51,347 nucleotides of DNA, taken from UHGV virus genome UHGV-0208865; one strand, given 5' to 3'. The position numbers were made by a program, and so were the translations under genes. Positions 29,142-37,543 of the stretch are shown here, piece after piece. The stretch comes from a virus. The stretch's first letter is position 1, and every line of letters begins with the position of its first letter. Under the pieces are notes generated by a model, which was given only the letters and a program-made list of their open reading frames with translations, was not told the DNA's origin and did no database searches.

Positions 29142-30557
29142 TCAGATAAGGCCGGATGCCTTGAGCCTGTCGAAACGTTCCTCCAAGCGTCCCAGCACAC
29201 GATCATCCACCGTGTTAGTCGCCTGAATGAGGAACCTGTTGACAGCCGTAGACTGCCCCTGTCGGTTGAGCCTGCCTGTTGCCTGTTCGTTAATCACAAG
29301 GCTGTTAGACTGACTCAGCCAAATCTCAGTATGGCACACCCGCTGAAGTCCGTCAACTCCCTCGCTCATGGCCTCGTGCTGAGCGACAATGACACGCACG
29401 TCCCCGTCAATCATTGCGTGGAAGTCCCCGCGAGACTTACCAGAGACTTCAATGCACGAGATACCAGCCTTGCGCAGACGGTGTAGCACGGCCTTAATGA
29501 ACTTCTGACTATGCACCCACACGACGACAGGCTCATCTTCAGGCAGGTCCGCAATAATATTCATCATTGCATCCAGCTTGGAAGACTTACAATCTTCCTT
29601 GTAATCGACAGTCCTGTCCTCGTTGAACGAGGGGACTCCCAGCGTCATCTGTCGCAGACGCAAGTCAAGTTCCATCGGGATAGACAGTGCAAGCGGCTTG
29701 TCGTCCAGGTACGTAAGCGCGTCTTTTTCAAGCTGAGCGTACAGTTTGCGCTGTTCGCGGGACAGTTCCACTTCCACACGGTGAATAATCACGCTTGGAA
29801 GCTCAGGGTTAGCTTCAGCCTGTGAGACTTCATGGTACGAGGGCGCTCCACGACGGACCATACCCGGCGAGCGCTCTCCCGTGTAAGTCTTCCCGAAAGA
29901 ACTGAACGGGTTGGACTCTTCCTTGAAGAACTTGGCACAAAAGTCCCAGTAACCGCCGTAATGGTTAGGCCAAAGAAACTTGAGCGCGGCCCAGATATTG
30001 CACGGCTTATTCCCAGCGGGTGTCGCACTCAGGGCAAGGCGGTACTGTGCCTGAATGTGTCGAGCAACGTCAAAGTTGAGCGACAAGTGGTTGCACGCAC
30101 GATGCCATTCATCCGCAATAACCATGCCGAAATTGACACCGTAGAACGGCTTAGCCATTGACTTGAAGACATACTTTTTCGCGCGCCCGTCCCACCGCTT
30201 TTCCTTATTGCGGGACCGCATAAGCTCCCAGGTAATAAAGTACACGCCGGGCACACGTGCTTCAAGGTCGGACCATACCGCGAGCGCGTCCTTGGTTTTC
30301 TTGCCGGACAGTGTGCGCATGTCAATTCCGGCGAGCGTCTTCCAGTGCGAGCGCCAACCACTCTCGGTACGGACAGGGGCGACAATGAGGATAATCTGTT
30401 CCCCGATAGTGCTACCGAAAGCATTAAGCGCGTTCCACACGCTCATTGCCGTCTTTCCCGTTCCCAGGCCCGCACCAACCAGGCCCGTGTACGGCGTTTT
30501 ACTGTTTGCCAGTCCTTCCAGTACACGTTCCTGGTAGTGGCGCGGCTTGAATGTCAA
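29142..30557 (-). CDS. SNF2/DEAD-like superfamily 2 helicase
   Basis: Walker A GLGTGKT, DEWH box, C-terminal helicase domain with QATGRLNRQGQ. Confidence 0.7.
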   Translation of the reverse strand: MTFKPRHYQERVLEGLANSKTPYTGLVGAGLGTGKTAMSVWNALNAFGSTIGEQIILIVAPVRTESGWRSHWKTLAGIDMRTLSGKKTKDALAVWSDLEARVPGVYFITWELMRSRNKEKRWDGRAKKYVFKSMAKPFYGVNFGMVIADEWHRACNHLSLNFDVARHIQAQYRLALSATPAGNKPCNIWAALKFLWPNHYGGYWDFCAKFFKEESNPFSSFGKTYTGERSPGMVRRGAPSYHEVSQAEANPELPSVIIHRVEVELSREQRKLYAQLEKDALTYLDDKPLALSIPMELDLRLRQMTLGVPSFNEDRTVDYKEDCKSSKLDAMMNIIADLPEDEPVVVWVHSQKFIKAVLHRLRKAGISCIEVSGKSRGDFHAMIDGDVRVIVAQHEAMSEGVDGLQRVCHTEIWLSQSNSLVINEQATGRLNRQGQSTAVNRFLIQATNTVDDRVLGRLEERFDRLKASGLI

Positions 30558-30896
30558 TTACTTAATCTCCCAAGTAATCGTCTGTGTAGTTTCTTCCCAG
30601 CCACAGTAAACCATTGCGTTAAGAACAACTTGTGCCCCTAGCTTGTCGAACATTTCTTGAACGTCGTGTTGCATGTCAGAGTTGAGATAGCGCTTGTACC
30701 CGTAGTAGTCGTCTTTGCCAATATAGGTGAGAATACTCAGACTATCCCCGTACAACTCAGCACAGATATAGTACTCACCCACGTTCAACAGGTCAACTAC
30801 CTTATTGTCCCACTTGTTAGTAAGCTCATGGATAGCATCTTCCACCGCGCGCATACAAGCGTCGCTATACATCTTAGTCAATTCTTCAAGATTCAT
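30558..30896 (-). CDS. Hypothetical protein
   Basis: ORF track. Confidence 0.4.
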   Translation of the reverse strand: MNLEELTKMYSDACMRAVEDAIHELTNKWDNKVVDLLNVGEYYICAELYGDSLSILTYIGKDDYYGYKRYLNSDMQHDVQEMFDKLGAQVVLNAMVYCGWEETTQTITWEIK

Positions 30897-31045
30897 TAGT
30901 TAGCCTCCCTAATCATTTTGACCTGTTCCTTGGTAAGACGGGCGAGAATACGTGGTCCCGCAATGACACCGATACCCATATCAAAGTCATGCGACACAAC
31001 GATACCTGTCCCGTCTGTCAACACTTGAATATAAGCATTGTCCAT
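30896..31045 (-). CDS. Small hypothetical protein (49 aa). Not in the ORF track because it is under 60 aa.
   Basis: Hand-translated MDNAYIQVLTDGTGIVVSHDFDMGIGVIAGPRILARLTKEQVKMIREAN. Tight start/stop overlaps with both neighbours. Confidence 0.3.
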   Translation of the reverse strand: MDNAYIQVLTDGTGIVVSHDFDMGIGVIAGPRILARLTKEQVKMIREAN

Positions 31046-31048
31046 TAG

Positions 31049-31594
31049 TTAGTCCTCCAATACCTTGTTGACTCGTGCCTTCAGTGATGCAAGTTCCCCA
31101 TCCCTGAGATAAAGCTCAAGTGCATCCTCATGGTATTCAGCGTAAATGTCAGTGACCTTAATTCCGGTCGAACAGTCGAGGACAGAATATACTTCCCCGT
31201 CGTCCCACATGTTGAGATAGTTCAGCCATTCTTCAGCGCTCCCTAGCCGCTTATTGACCGCTAGAATCTGCCCGTATGACTCAATAAAGCCATAGTCCTC
31301 CCACCCATCGTCGCACTTGAAGTGTGAGCACAGTTCGCCCTTGAACAACTTAGCGTATTCTCCCACGTTGGCAGGTGTTTCATCATGCACTGCAATATAC
31401 CTACCAAGTGTCTTGAACACGGGGTTATCGGACAGCATAAGGTCGTCACAGTCCCCAATAAACAGATAAGGTTCGTCTGCCATATCTGTAGGTTCAGTGG
31501 TTCCCAGCACTGGTTCAACAATATACGTGTTGCCCGTGTCAGCGTCTTGGAAGATAGTAATCTCGCTGGTTTCAGACAGTGTGTTGATATTCAT
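31049..31594 (-). CDS. Hypothetical protein
   Basis: ORF track. Confidence 0.45.
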   Translation of the reverse strand: MNINTLSETSEITIFQDADTGNTYIVEPVLGTTEPTDMADEPYLFIGDCDDLMLSDNPVFKTLGRYIAVHDETPANVGEYAKLFKGELCSHFKCDDGWEDYGFIESYGQILAVNKRLGSAEEWLNYLNMWDDGEVYSVLDCSTGIKVTDIYAEYHEDALELYLRDGELASLKARVNKVLED

Positions 31595-32007
31595 TAGTCA
31601 AGCTCCCTCGCAATAGTAGTGGCGTAGAAAACACCGTCCCGGACAATACCCTCCGCATAGACAGTTTCATACAGTGAGTCACGGTCAAACATAGCAACCA
31701 CGTCGGACGGCAATTCATTGTCGCCGGGCAGGACGACACACTGTTCGTAGTCTTGCATCCAGACAAACATCCCGTCTTGCGGGTTGTTGTCATAGCCGAG
31801 GTAGCCATCTTCCTCAAAACGCCATTCCAGCCAGTCAGAGAACAGGCCCTTCTCGTCCCAATACTCCCAAGCGTTGTAACAGTCTTCCTCCGAGTCCTTG
31901 CTACGTCGGTAGCCGTCAATCTCATTCGCGTTGAAGCATTCCGCGAAAACGTCGCTATCCAGTTCGCGCTGGTTGAATGTGTAGCCGTCAACATAGTTGC
32001 TAAACAT
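31594..32007 (-). CDS. Acidic Trp/Tyr-rich small protein (DNA-mimic / anti-defence candidate)
   Basis: 137 aa, very acidic. Confidence 0.45.
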   Translation of the reverse strand: MFSNYVDGYTFNQRELDSDVFAECFNANEIDGYRRSKDSEEDCYNAWEYWDEKGLFSDWLEWRFEEDGYLGYDNNPQDGMFVWMQDYEQCVVLPGDNELPSDVVAMFDRDSLYETVYAEGIVRDGVFYATTIARELD

Positions 32008-32012
32008 TTTGA

Positions 32013-32234
32013 TTACTCACTTTCAATATAAATTGACATGCCGTTAGGCAGTTCGACCTCGGCTCCCACACCTAGGTTGTTGTGGATAATCTCAGCGGCC
32101 CGCATCTGTCGTACCGCTTCAAGCCACATGGTTGAATATTCTTGCAGTTCTTGTTCTTCCAGGGAACGGGCGACAGCTTCCACCTGTTCGACAGTGTATC
32201 CACTGTCGCCCGTCCCGTATTGCTTCCAATTCAT
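32013..32234 (-). CDS. Hypothetical protein
   Basis: ORF track. Confidence 0.4.
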   Translation of the reverse strand: MNWKQYGTGDSGYTVEQVEAVARSLEEQELQEYSTMWLEAVRQMRAAEIIHNNLGVGAEVELPNGMSIYIESE

Positions 32235-32578
32235 CGGAACGTTGCGTACACGTCCGACACGGTAGTAGCGGGCGACAGGTCGAGTAGATCAAGCGCGGCA
32301 AGTTTCTTAGTATTCAACTTAGGCTTGTCGTACACACTTTCACGCACGGCCTTTGGCAGTTTCTTAAACGCGGGCAGTGCTTCCACGGCGGCGGCGTTGA
32401 TAGTCTTTCGGGTAGCGAACGTCACGCGCGTGTCGCCAACCTGAATCTTGTCCCCTGCGTTGAACTGTGCGCACAGTTCAGCCTTGAGTGCGTCTCGCGC
32501 TTCAGTCAGGGCCGTAATCTCGGCGTTGAGCTTAGTAATATTGTTGACGAGGTTTTCAGTGTTCATTGTTGTTCTCAC
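32231..32578 (-). CDS. Hypothetical protein (coiled-coil)
   Basis: RBS-like AGAAAGTGAGAACAACAATG. Confidence 0.45.
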   Translation of the reverse strand: MRTTMNTENLVNNITKLNAEITALTEARDALKAELCAQFNAGDKIQVGDTRVTFATRKTINAAAVEALPAFKKLPKAVRESVYDKPKLNTKKLAALDLLDLSPATTVSDVYATFR

Positions 32579-32800
32579 TTTCTGTTGTTAGTAGTTGTCT
32601 TGTCCATCGTAAGGATCTTTGGCTACTGCGCTCATAGGTATAACACATGATGGCTTGGTTAGTACTGGAAGCGTCATTAGTTGCTCCCACAATTCATTGC
32701 TGTTTATTGTCATGTTCTCTCTGTTCTACGTGGTGACAGTATGCACCGACAGGCAGTAGTAAGGACAGAAAAAACAGGCCATAGTAGGCGACCGCGAACA

Positions 32801-33115
32801 CTACCAGACTTCCTTAATCTCTTCCATTGCGATTAGGTGAGCAATGCAACTGTTGACATATGCTTCCCAGTCGTCGCTAAGCATCTCCCTAGCAATGTCA
32901 CTCGCCTTGAGAGTCTTTCCAAGTACTGTGATAGGCTTATGCAGATCGTCCACGGCTTCAGCGGCCATAACCTCAAAATCTTCCCTAATGCGCAGGTCGC
33001 CACTCTCGGTAACGTAGTCATATTCACCCTTACTGACTCCCAGTTCCTCGCTAGTGAAACAGAATCGGGTATCCCAGTCAAGTGCGACGGTGAGTGCAAT
33101 GTTAATGTCAGTCAT
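32801..33115 (-). CDS. Hypothetical protein (104 aa; start trimmed to ATG 33115)
   Basis: RBS GAGAAAGTAGGAAAAACAATG. The upstream part of the track ORF reads as nonsense. Confidence 0.4.
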   Translation of the reverse strand: MTDINIALTVALDWDTRFCFTSEELGVSKGEYDYVTESGDLRIREDFEVMAAEAVDDLHKPITVLGKTLKASDIAREMLSDDWEAYVNSCIAHLIAMEEIKEVW

Positions 33116-33131
33116 TGTTTTTCCTACTTTC

Positions 33132-33638
33132 TCACTGATAGTTTTCGATATAGTGCTTGATAGCGTCTTCCTCGCTATCGGCATAGATACCCCCCAGAGA
33201 GTCACCTGTGGTTGTGTCCGACACAACCCAGACATATCCATCGGCCCAAAGACTGTATTCATGCACCAATGACTCGCAAGGGTCAACAGGGAACGTACCC
33301 TTGCGGAACGCGGCCGCAAACAGCCTGTCCGCATCCATCCCGTACCAACCGACGTACACCCAGTAATCAGGGCAAAGAGCCGCCCATTCTTCCTGCGTAG
33401 GCATCCTACCGTGTTCCTCATGGAAGTTATCAAACTCCCACATTGCCGGGCAGTCCGTTTCGGCGGGGTGGTGCAAGATGCAACCATGCGGACCCCCAAT
33501 GACACACAGTGCATCGGCGCTATCTATCCATTCAGTAGGGCACTCTGCCCATTCTTCATGAAACACTTGGAAAGTGTGACCGTTATGCTCCCATTCATCG
33601 GGAATTGTGACAGTGTGTGCGAACTGTGTCTGAATCAT
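33132..33638 (-). CDS. Acidic Trp/His-rich protein
   Basis: ATG 33638 with RBS CCGAAAGGTGAAAACG, preceded by a conserved leader. Confidence 0.45.
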   Translation of the reverse strand: MIQTQFAHTVTIPDEWEHNGHTFQVFHEEWAECPTEWIDSADALCVIGGPHGCILHHPAETDCPAMWEFDNFHEEHGRMPTQEEWAALCPDYWVYVGWYGMDADRLFAAAFRKGTFPVDPCESLVHEYSLWADGYVWVVSDTTTGDSLGGIYADSEEDAIKHYIENYQ

Positions 33639-33700
33639 CGTTTTCACCTTTCGGCTTGGTTGGTTTGTTTTCCGATAATTAAAGATTAGCAGGTTGGCAG

Positions 33701-34081
33701 TCATTCTGCCATGTGAACTACGCTACACGTCTGTGTGTCGTTGTCCCAGATGAACATATGTGCGTATCCGTGCAAGTAGCGCATATCGTCAATTGTCATG
33801 CCTTCATCGTCTGACTCCCAGTACCAATAGATACTGTTGTCAGCGGCATTAGTGCGACAACGCCACACGTAGCCGCCTACGTTCACGTACACGCCGCTAG
33901 GCTCATTCTCAGAGAACAAGTCAAGTAGTCCCACAAACTCATAGCCATGCTCAGTAAACCACTGGTTAATTAGCGACAGGTCCCAGCCTGTTTCGGGATT
34001 AACGTACCCGGCTAAGTGTTCCTGCATGGACTCTAGCGGGTAGTAACGGTCACTAATAACACTCAGCAATTCTTCCCACAT
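33701..34081 (-). CDS. Acidic Trp/Tyr-rich protein
   Basis: Start MWEELLSVISD at 34081. Confidence 0.4.
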   Translation of the reverse strand: MWEELLSVISDRYYPLESMQEHLAGYVNPETGWDLSLINQWFTEHGYEFVGLLDLFSENEPSGVYVNVGGYVWRCRTNAADNSIYWYWESDDEGMTIDDMRYLHGYAHMFIWDNDTQTCSVVHMAE

Positions 34082-34082
34082 G

Positions 34083-34241
34083 TTAGAACCCCCGCATATA
34101 ATCAATTCCGATAATGGCACACAAACCACATATAAACGCGCTAAACATACTTAAAAAACAAAGTATGTTAGTTTTCGCCATAGTACCCGCATAAACAAAC
34201 CAGGTCATAGCCATAATACCCAGTAGGATAACCACCAACAT
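34083..34241 (-). CDS. Small hydrophobic membrane peptide (52 aa)
   Basis: Hand-translated MLVVILLGIMAMTWFVYAGTMAKTNILCFLSMFSAFICGLCAIIGIDYMRGF. RBS CAGAAAGTGAGTAACAAAATG. Confidence 0.35.
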   Translation of the reverse strand: MLVVILLGIMAMTWFVYAGTMAKTNILCFLSMFSAFICGLCAIIGIDYMRGF

Positions 34242-34245
34242 TTTG

Positions 34246-34497
34246 TTACTCACTTTCTGTAAAGTAGATTACGTCTTCCAAGTAATTGATAGCGTTGTGC
34301 ATTACGTAACTTTCCCATTCATCGTGATTATCAGGGTTGCCGCCGTCTTCCAGATAGTTATCCCACAATGCACCCTCAATATCAGGATCATTGAAAATGC
34401 GACCCTTGTAATGCAACAGTGCATCACTTTGGGAACCTCGCCACTCAAAGCCGATACCGGGGATACCGTACCAATTGGGCAATTCATTGTATGACAT
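34246..34497 (-). CDS. Acidic Trp-rich small protein
   Basis: Start MSYNELPNWYG with RBS CCGAAAGGTAGAACT. Confidence 0.4.
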   Translation of the reverse strand: MSYNELPNWYGIPGIGFEWRGSQSDALLHYKGRIFNDPDIEGALWDNYLEDGGNPDNHDEWESYVMHNAINYLEDVIYFTESE

Positions 34498-34604
34498 AGT
34501 TCTACCTTTCGGTGTCATTGTCGCTAACCACCTTGGTTAGCATCGTTCCCTAGGCACGGATCGAACGTGCATTTAACCTACCATTAGGCTAGGGATACCG
34601 TTGT

Positions 34605-34784
34605 TAGCCTTCAATCTCGCTCATGACTACCGCATCCGACAGCCCATCAAGGGCAGTAACTACCGCGTCAATAGCGGCGAGAACACTAGGGTTATCCCCG
34701 TAGTCGGCTCCCATCTTTCGAAACGTGATCTTAGTTGCCGTCGCCGTCTTGATAGCGTTCATCGTGTTCTTATTGACTCGCATG
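34605..34784 (-). CDS. Small hypothetical protein (59 aa)
   Basis: Hand-translated MRVNKNTMNAIKTATATKITFRKMGADYGDNPSVLAAIDAVVTALDGLSDAVVMSEIEG. RBS AGAAAGTGAGACACAAACC. Confidence 0.35.
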
Positions 34785-34881
34785 GTTTGTGTCTCACTTT
34801 CTGTCGTTGGTTTGTAGGCTTTGTGCCTATGTTTCTAGTGTAGGTTGTTGATCTGTTGTTGTCAAGTTGTCAGAGTGTGTT

Positions 34882-35211
34882 TTAAGGCACACTCACTAGC
34901 GCGTACTGCCGTCCCCATTTGTCTTGAATCTTTGTTGCGTGTCGGTCCCACACGTCCCACAAGATGCGCGGCGTGTGTCGCCACATGCGCAGTACGCGGG
35001 TAATCAGCGCTTTTTCATAGGGTGTAAGGCCCTCGGTTGTCGCATATAGATTACCGTCGCTATCCCACGTGCAAACAACCTTACCCGTGAATGAGTTGGT
35101 AATCATATACCCTCGCATACCCTCGCTAAGGAAGTACCGACTACCAAGCGGGCGCGTACCGTATAGGCGTTGATCGGGATACACCGACAACAGGGCATTT
35201 TCAATAGTCAT
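34882..35211 (-). CDS. Hypothetical protein
   Basis: RBS GGGAGG. Confidence 0.45.
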   Translation of the reverse strand: MTIENALLSVYPDQRLYGTRPLGSRYFLSEGMRGYMITNSFTGKVVCTWDSDGNLYATTEGLTPYEKALITRVLRMWRHTPRILWDVWDRHATKIQDKWGRQYALVSVP

Positions 35212-35595
35212 TTAGGCGACCTCCCTAACGTTGATAAATTGCGCTCCATTACCGCTAATAGTCTCTTTGTCACACTCACGGTCGCACGCCTTATAAAGCG
35301 TATCCCAATCAATGCGGCGACCAACCATTGCCGATAGGAAACGGCGAACGTGTCGGCTAGTAGTAGTGGAATGGTAGAAAGCGTCACGATGGACAAACGT
35401 ATCCCAGTCGCCATTTTCGTTCTTGTTCACCATTGCAACGCGCGTTGTGTAAGAGTACACGTCAAACCGGCAATTGCGGATCGGGTGGTTGTGGTTAGCG
35501 GCAATTGTAAAGTTGTTGCTAACCGGATACAAGCCGTCAATACGATCGTGGTTCAAGTCCCATGCGGCAGCGTCGATATCGTCAAGAATACCCAT
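35212..35595 (-). CDS. Hypothetical protein (127 aa; trimmed to ATG 35595)
   Basis: RBS CAGAAAGACGAAAGACAATG. Confidence 0.4.
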   Translation of the reverse strand: MGILDDIDAAAWDLNHDRIDGLYPVSNNFTIAANHNHPIRNCRFDVYSYTTRVAMVNKNENGDWDTFVHRDAFYHSTTTSRHVRRFLSAMVGRRIDWDTLYKACDRECDKETISGNGAQFINVREVA

Positions 35596-35626
35596 TGTCT
35601 TTCGTCTTTCTGTGTTGGGTTGTTGG

Positions 35627-35884
35627 TCAGTACTGCCAACCGTCACGGTCGGTATCTGTCGCAAACTCTCGCAGTGTTGCGCCGGTCGGAAAGTAATCGT
35701 CCCACGCTTCCATATCGCGCGCGATACGTTCCATCTCACGGCGTTCACGTGCCCTAATACGCTTTGAGATATCGCGGCGCGCCTTAGTGTAGGGGGAGTG
35801 TTCGCGGGCGAACTGCGTGGGATGCCACGCCGCCCCGCGCGCTTCCTTGACGTGCCAAGGGTCAGTCTTGAAAGTGTGTGCCAT
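35627..35884 (-). CDS. Small basic protein (Arg-rich, possibly nucleic-acid binding)
   Basis: RRDISKRIRARERREMERIARDMEAWDD. Confidence 0.4.
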   Translation of the reverse strand: MAHTFKTDPWHVKEARGAAWHPTQFAREHSPYTKARRDISKRIRARERREMERIARDMEAWDDYFPTGATLREFATDTDRDGWQY

Positions 35885-35995
35885 TGTCTTTGCCTTTCGG
35901 TTTGTGCAACACCTCGGTTGTGTCGCATCGTTCCCCCGGTTGGGATTGAACCAACCTTGACACTCACCATTAAGCGGGGGAAGTTGAAGACTTAA

Positions 35996-36289
35996 TTAGT
36001 CTTCGTACGTGTAATGCACAACTTCGCGCGGGCCGGTGTAATAGGCGAACTTGTAAACGGTGCGCTCGCTTCCATCGGGACTAGGGACAGTCACACTAAC
36101 GGGCAGATATCCGTGCATGGTGTATGCGTAACCGCGCCGTTCGCCGGGAAACTTTGCATCGAAAAAGTTGCGCAGGTTGTGAGGCTTAAAATCTTCCTCG
36201 GTTTCACCGTGTCGGACCTTTGACCAACCACCGCTAGGGGTACGGTACTCGGTCCAACGGGTAACAATTGCGTGTGTCGTGTCTCGCAT
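35996..36289 (-). CDS. Hypothetical protein
   Basis: ORF track. Confidence 0.4.
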   Translation of the reverse strand: MRDTTHAIVTRWTEYRTPSGGWSKVRHGETEEDFKPHNLRNFFDAKFPGERRGYAYTMHGYLPVSVTVPSPDGSERTVYKFAYYTGPREVVHYTYED

Positions 36290-36321
36290 TTTTGTTGTCT
36301 TTCTGTGTTGTGTTGTGTTGT

Positions 36322-36534
36322 TTAGTAGAGTTCGCGGGTATCCGCGTCGATACCTAGGGGCATCTCTGCAAGGTCGCTAGGACCGACAAAGTAGAGATGC
36401 CCATCCACGAGCGCGCGCCAAACGTGTGTTGCCCAACGCGGGGCAAAGATAACGTCTTCGCCTACGTATAAGGTTTCGGCGTGTGCCCATGCCGACAGGG
36501 CGCGGGCTTCGTCATCAATAGTAAGTCGGATCAT
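36322..36534 (-). CDS. Hypothetical protein (70 aa; trimmed to ATG 36534)
   Basis: RBS GCCGAAAGGTGAAACTAATG. Confidence 0.35.
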   Translation of the reverse strand: MIRLTIDDEARALSAWAHAETLYVGEDVIFAPRWATHVWRALVDGHLYFVGPSDLAEMPLGIDADTRELY

Positions 36535-36621
36535 TAGTTTCACCTTTCGGCTTGTCTTTGTTGATACTCTCAGTTTAGCGGGTTGCTGGCTTGTTGTCAA
36601 CCCGCTAAACTGTGTTGTCCG

Positions 36622-36909
36622 TCACTTGTTGATTGACTTGGAAAGCGCGGTCAGTGCTGCAACAGCGGTGTTAGCCAAGTCACGGTCAAGGTGTCCGCGC
36701 AGCGATTCATCGTTGATCTTGCTCGACAGGTCGATCATATCGTGGAACAAAGCGTTAATACACTTTGCAGTGCGTCGTTCTTCGTGTTCGCGCCTAATCG
36801 CGCCTTTGCGTGCGCTATCGACAGGCAGAAAATAGCGTTCCTGGTAGTCGCGTTCGTATTCTGCGAGGCGTGCCATCGTTTCGTAATCACACGCGAACGA
36901 GGTTCTCAT
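36622..36909 (-). CDS. Hypothetical protein, first gene of the leftward early operon
   Basis: RBS CCGAAAGGAAGCCGAAAA-ATG. Promoter-like elements lie immediately upstream. Confidence 0.45.
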   Translation of the reverse strand: MRTSFACDYETMARLAEYERDYQERYFLPVDSARKGAIRREHEERRTAKCINALFHDMIDLSSKINDESLRGHLDRDLANTAVAALTALSKSINK

Positions 36910-36951
36910 TTTTCGGCTTCCTTTCGGGTTGTTTCGTTTGCCGATACTTAA

Positions 36952-36980
36952 AGATTAGTGGGTAGGGCGTACGTTGTCAA
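36952..36980 (-). promoter_or_regulatory. Leftward promoter candidate (TTGACA-17-TAATCT) with a conserved leader
   Basis: Minus-strand TTGACA (+ strand 36975-36980) and TAATCT (+ strand 36952-36957) with a 17-nt spacer. The leader CTAATCTTTAAGTATCGGCAAACGAAACAACC is repeated at 33639-33715. Confidence 0.45.
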
Positions 36981-37054
36981 CATGAAAACATGTGATTAGG
37001 GACACATTGTTTAATGGTGGTTGTTAGCGGGTATGGAATAAGGAACGCGTGCGC

Positions 37055-37083
37055 GTAATAGCACCTTAGTTATGAGTTGTCAA
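37055..37083 (-). promoter_or_regulatory. Second leftward promoter candidate (TTGACA-17-TATTAC)
   Basis: Minus-strand TTGACA at + strand 37078-37083 and TATTAC at + strand 37055-37060. Confidence 0.4.
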
Positions 37084-37508
37084 TAGCTAGGCTATGTGTT
37101 GTGTGCGACAGGCTGTTAGGGCTGTTTGTTAGCAAGGTGAGAGCGGCGGCCCTGGCAGTTTATACCCTGTAGGGAGTGAATGTCAAGGTTTTAGTGTGTG
37201 TCGTTGGTTATATTGTGGGGCGTGTCAAGACAGCGACAGGGCCGGGAGGGATAACTAGACATCTCATAATGTGGATAGTTTTTGTGTTCGTGTTGACTTT
37301 AGAGTGAGAGTATGTTACTCGCATGGGCATAGCGTGGCGATTAGGTGGGTTGGTGGGTGTGGGTAGTGTGTAGGACAGCGTTTAAGGGGTCTAGAAGCGT
37401 GTCTGAGCGTGTTTTATAGTGTGGGTGGTAGTGGGTAGCCTTGAGTGGGTGTTAGGGCGTTGTAGGGGGCGTAGCGTAAATGTCATGACAATTCAATAGA
37501 GGTAGGTA

Positions 37509-37540
37509 TGCATATTATGCACTCGGTTGCATAATATGCA
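37509..37540. repeat. Perfect 13-bp inverted repeat TGCATATTATGCA-ctcggt-TGCATAATATGCA (operator/cruciform candidate)
   Basis: Read directly from the sequence. Confidence 0.7.
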
Positions 37541-37543
37541 GTC

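Noticed and set aside
32801-33514. Long form (237 aa) of the minus-strand ORF 32801-33514, and long forms of 33132-33704, 35212-35970 and 36322-36600
   Set aside because: The N-terminal extensions translate as Cys/Arg-rich nonsense and lack RBSs. Internal ATGs are preceded by the conserved GAAAG-type RBS, so the genes were trimmed.
34601-34843. 80-aa + strand ORF in the early region
   Set aside because: Opposite to the operon orientation and lacks an RBS. A 59-aa minus-strand ORF with a canonical RBS (34605-34784) explains the locus better.
19830-36909. Integrase / CI-like repressor (prophage lifestyle)
   Set aside because: No ORF of integrase size (350-500 aa) with a recombinase-like C-terminus, and no repressor/Cro pair at the divergent region. 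The small HTH at 25468-25659 is more likely an early-operon regulator. Lysogeny cannot be excluded without homology searches.
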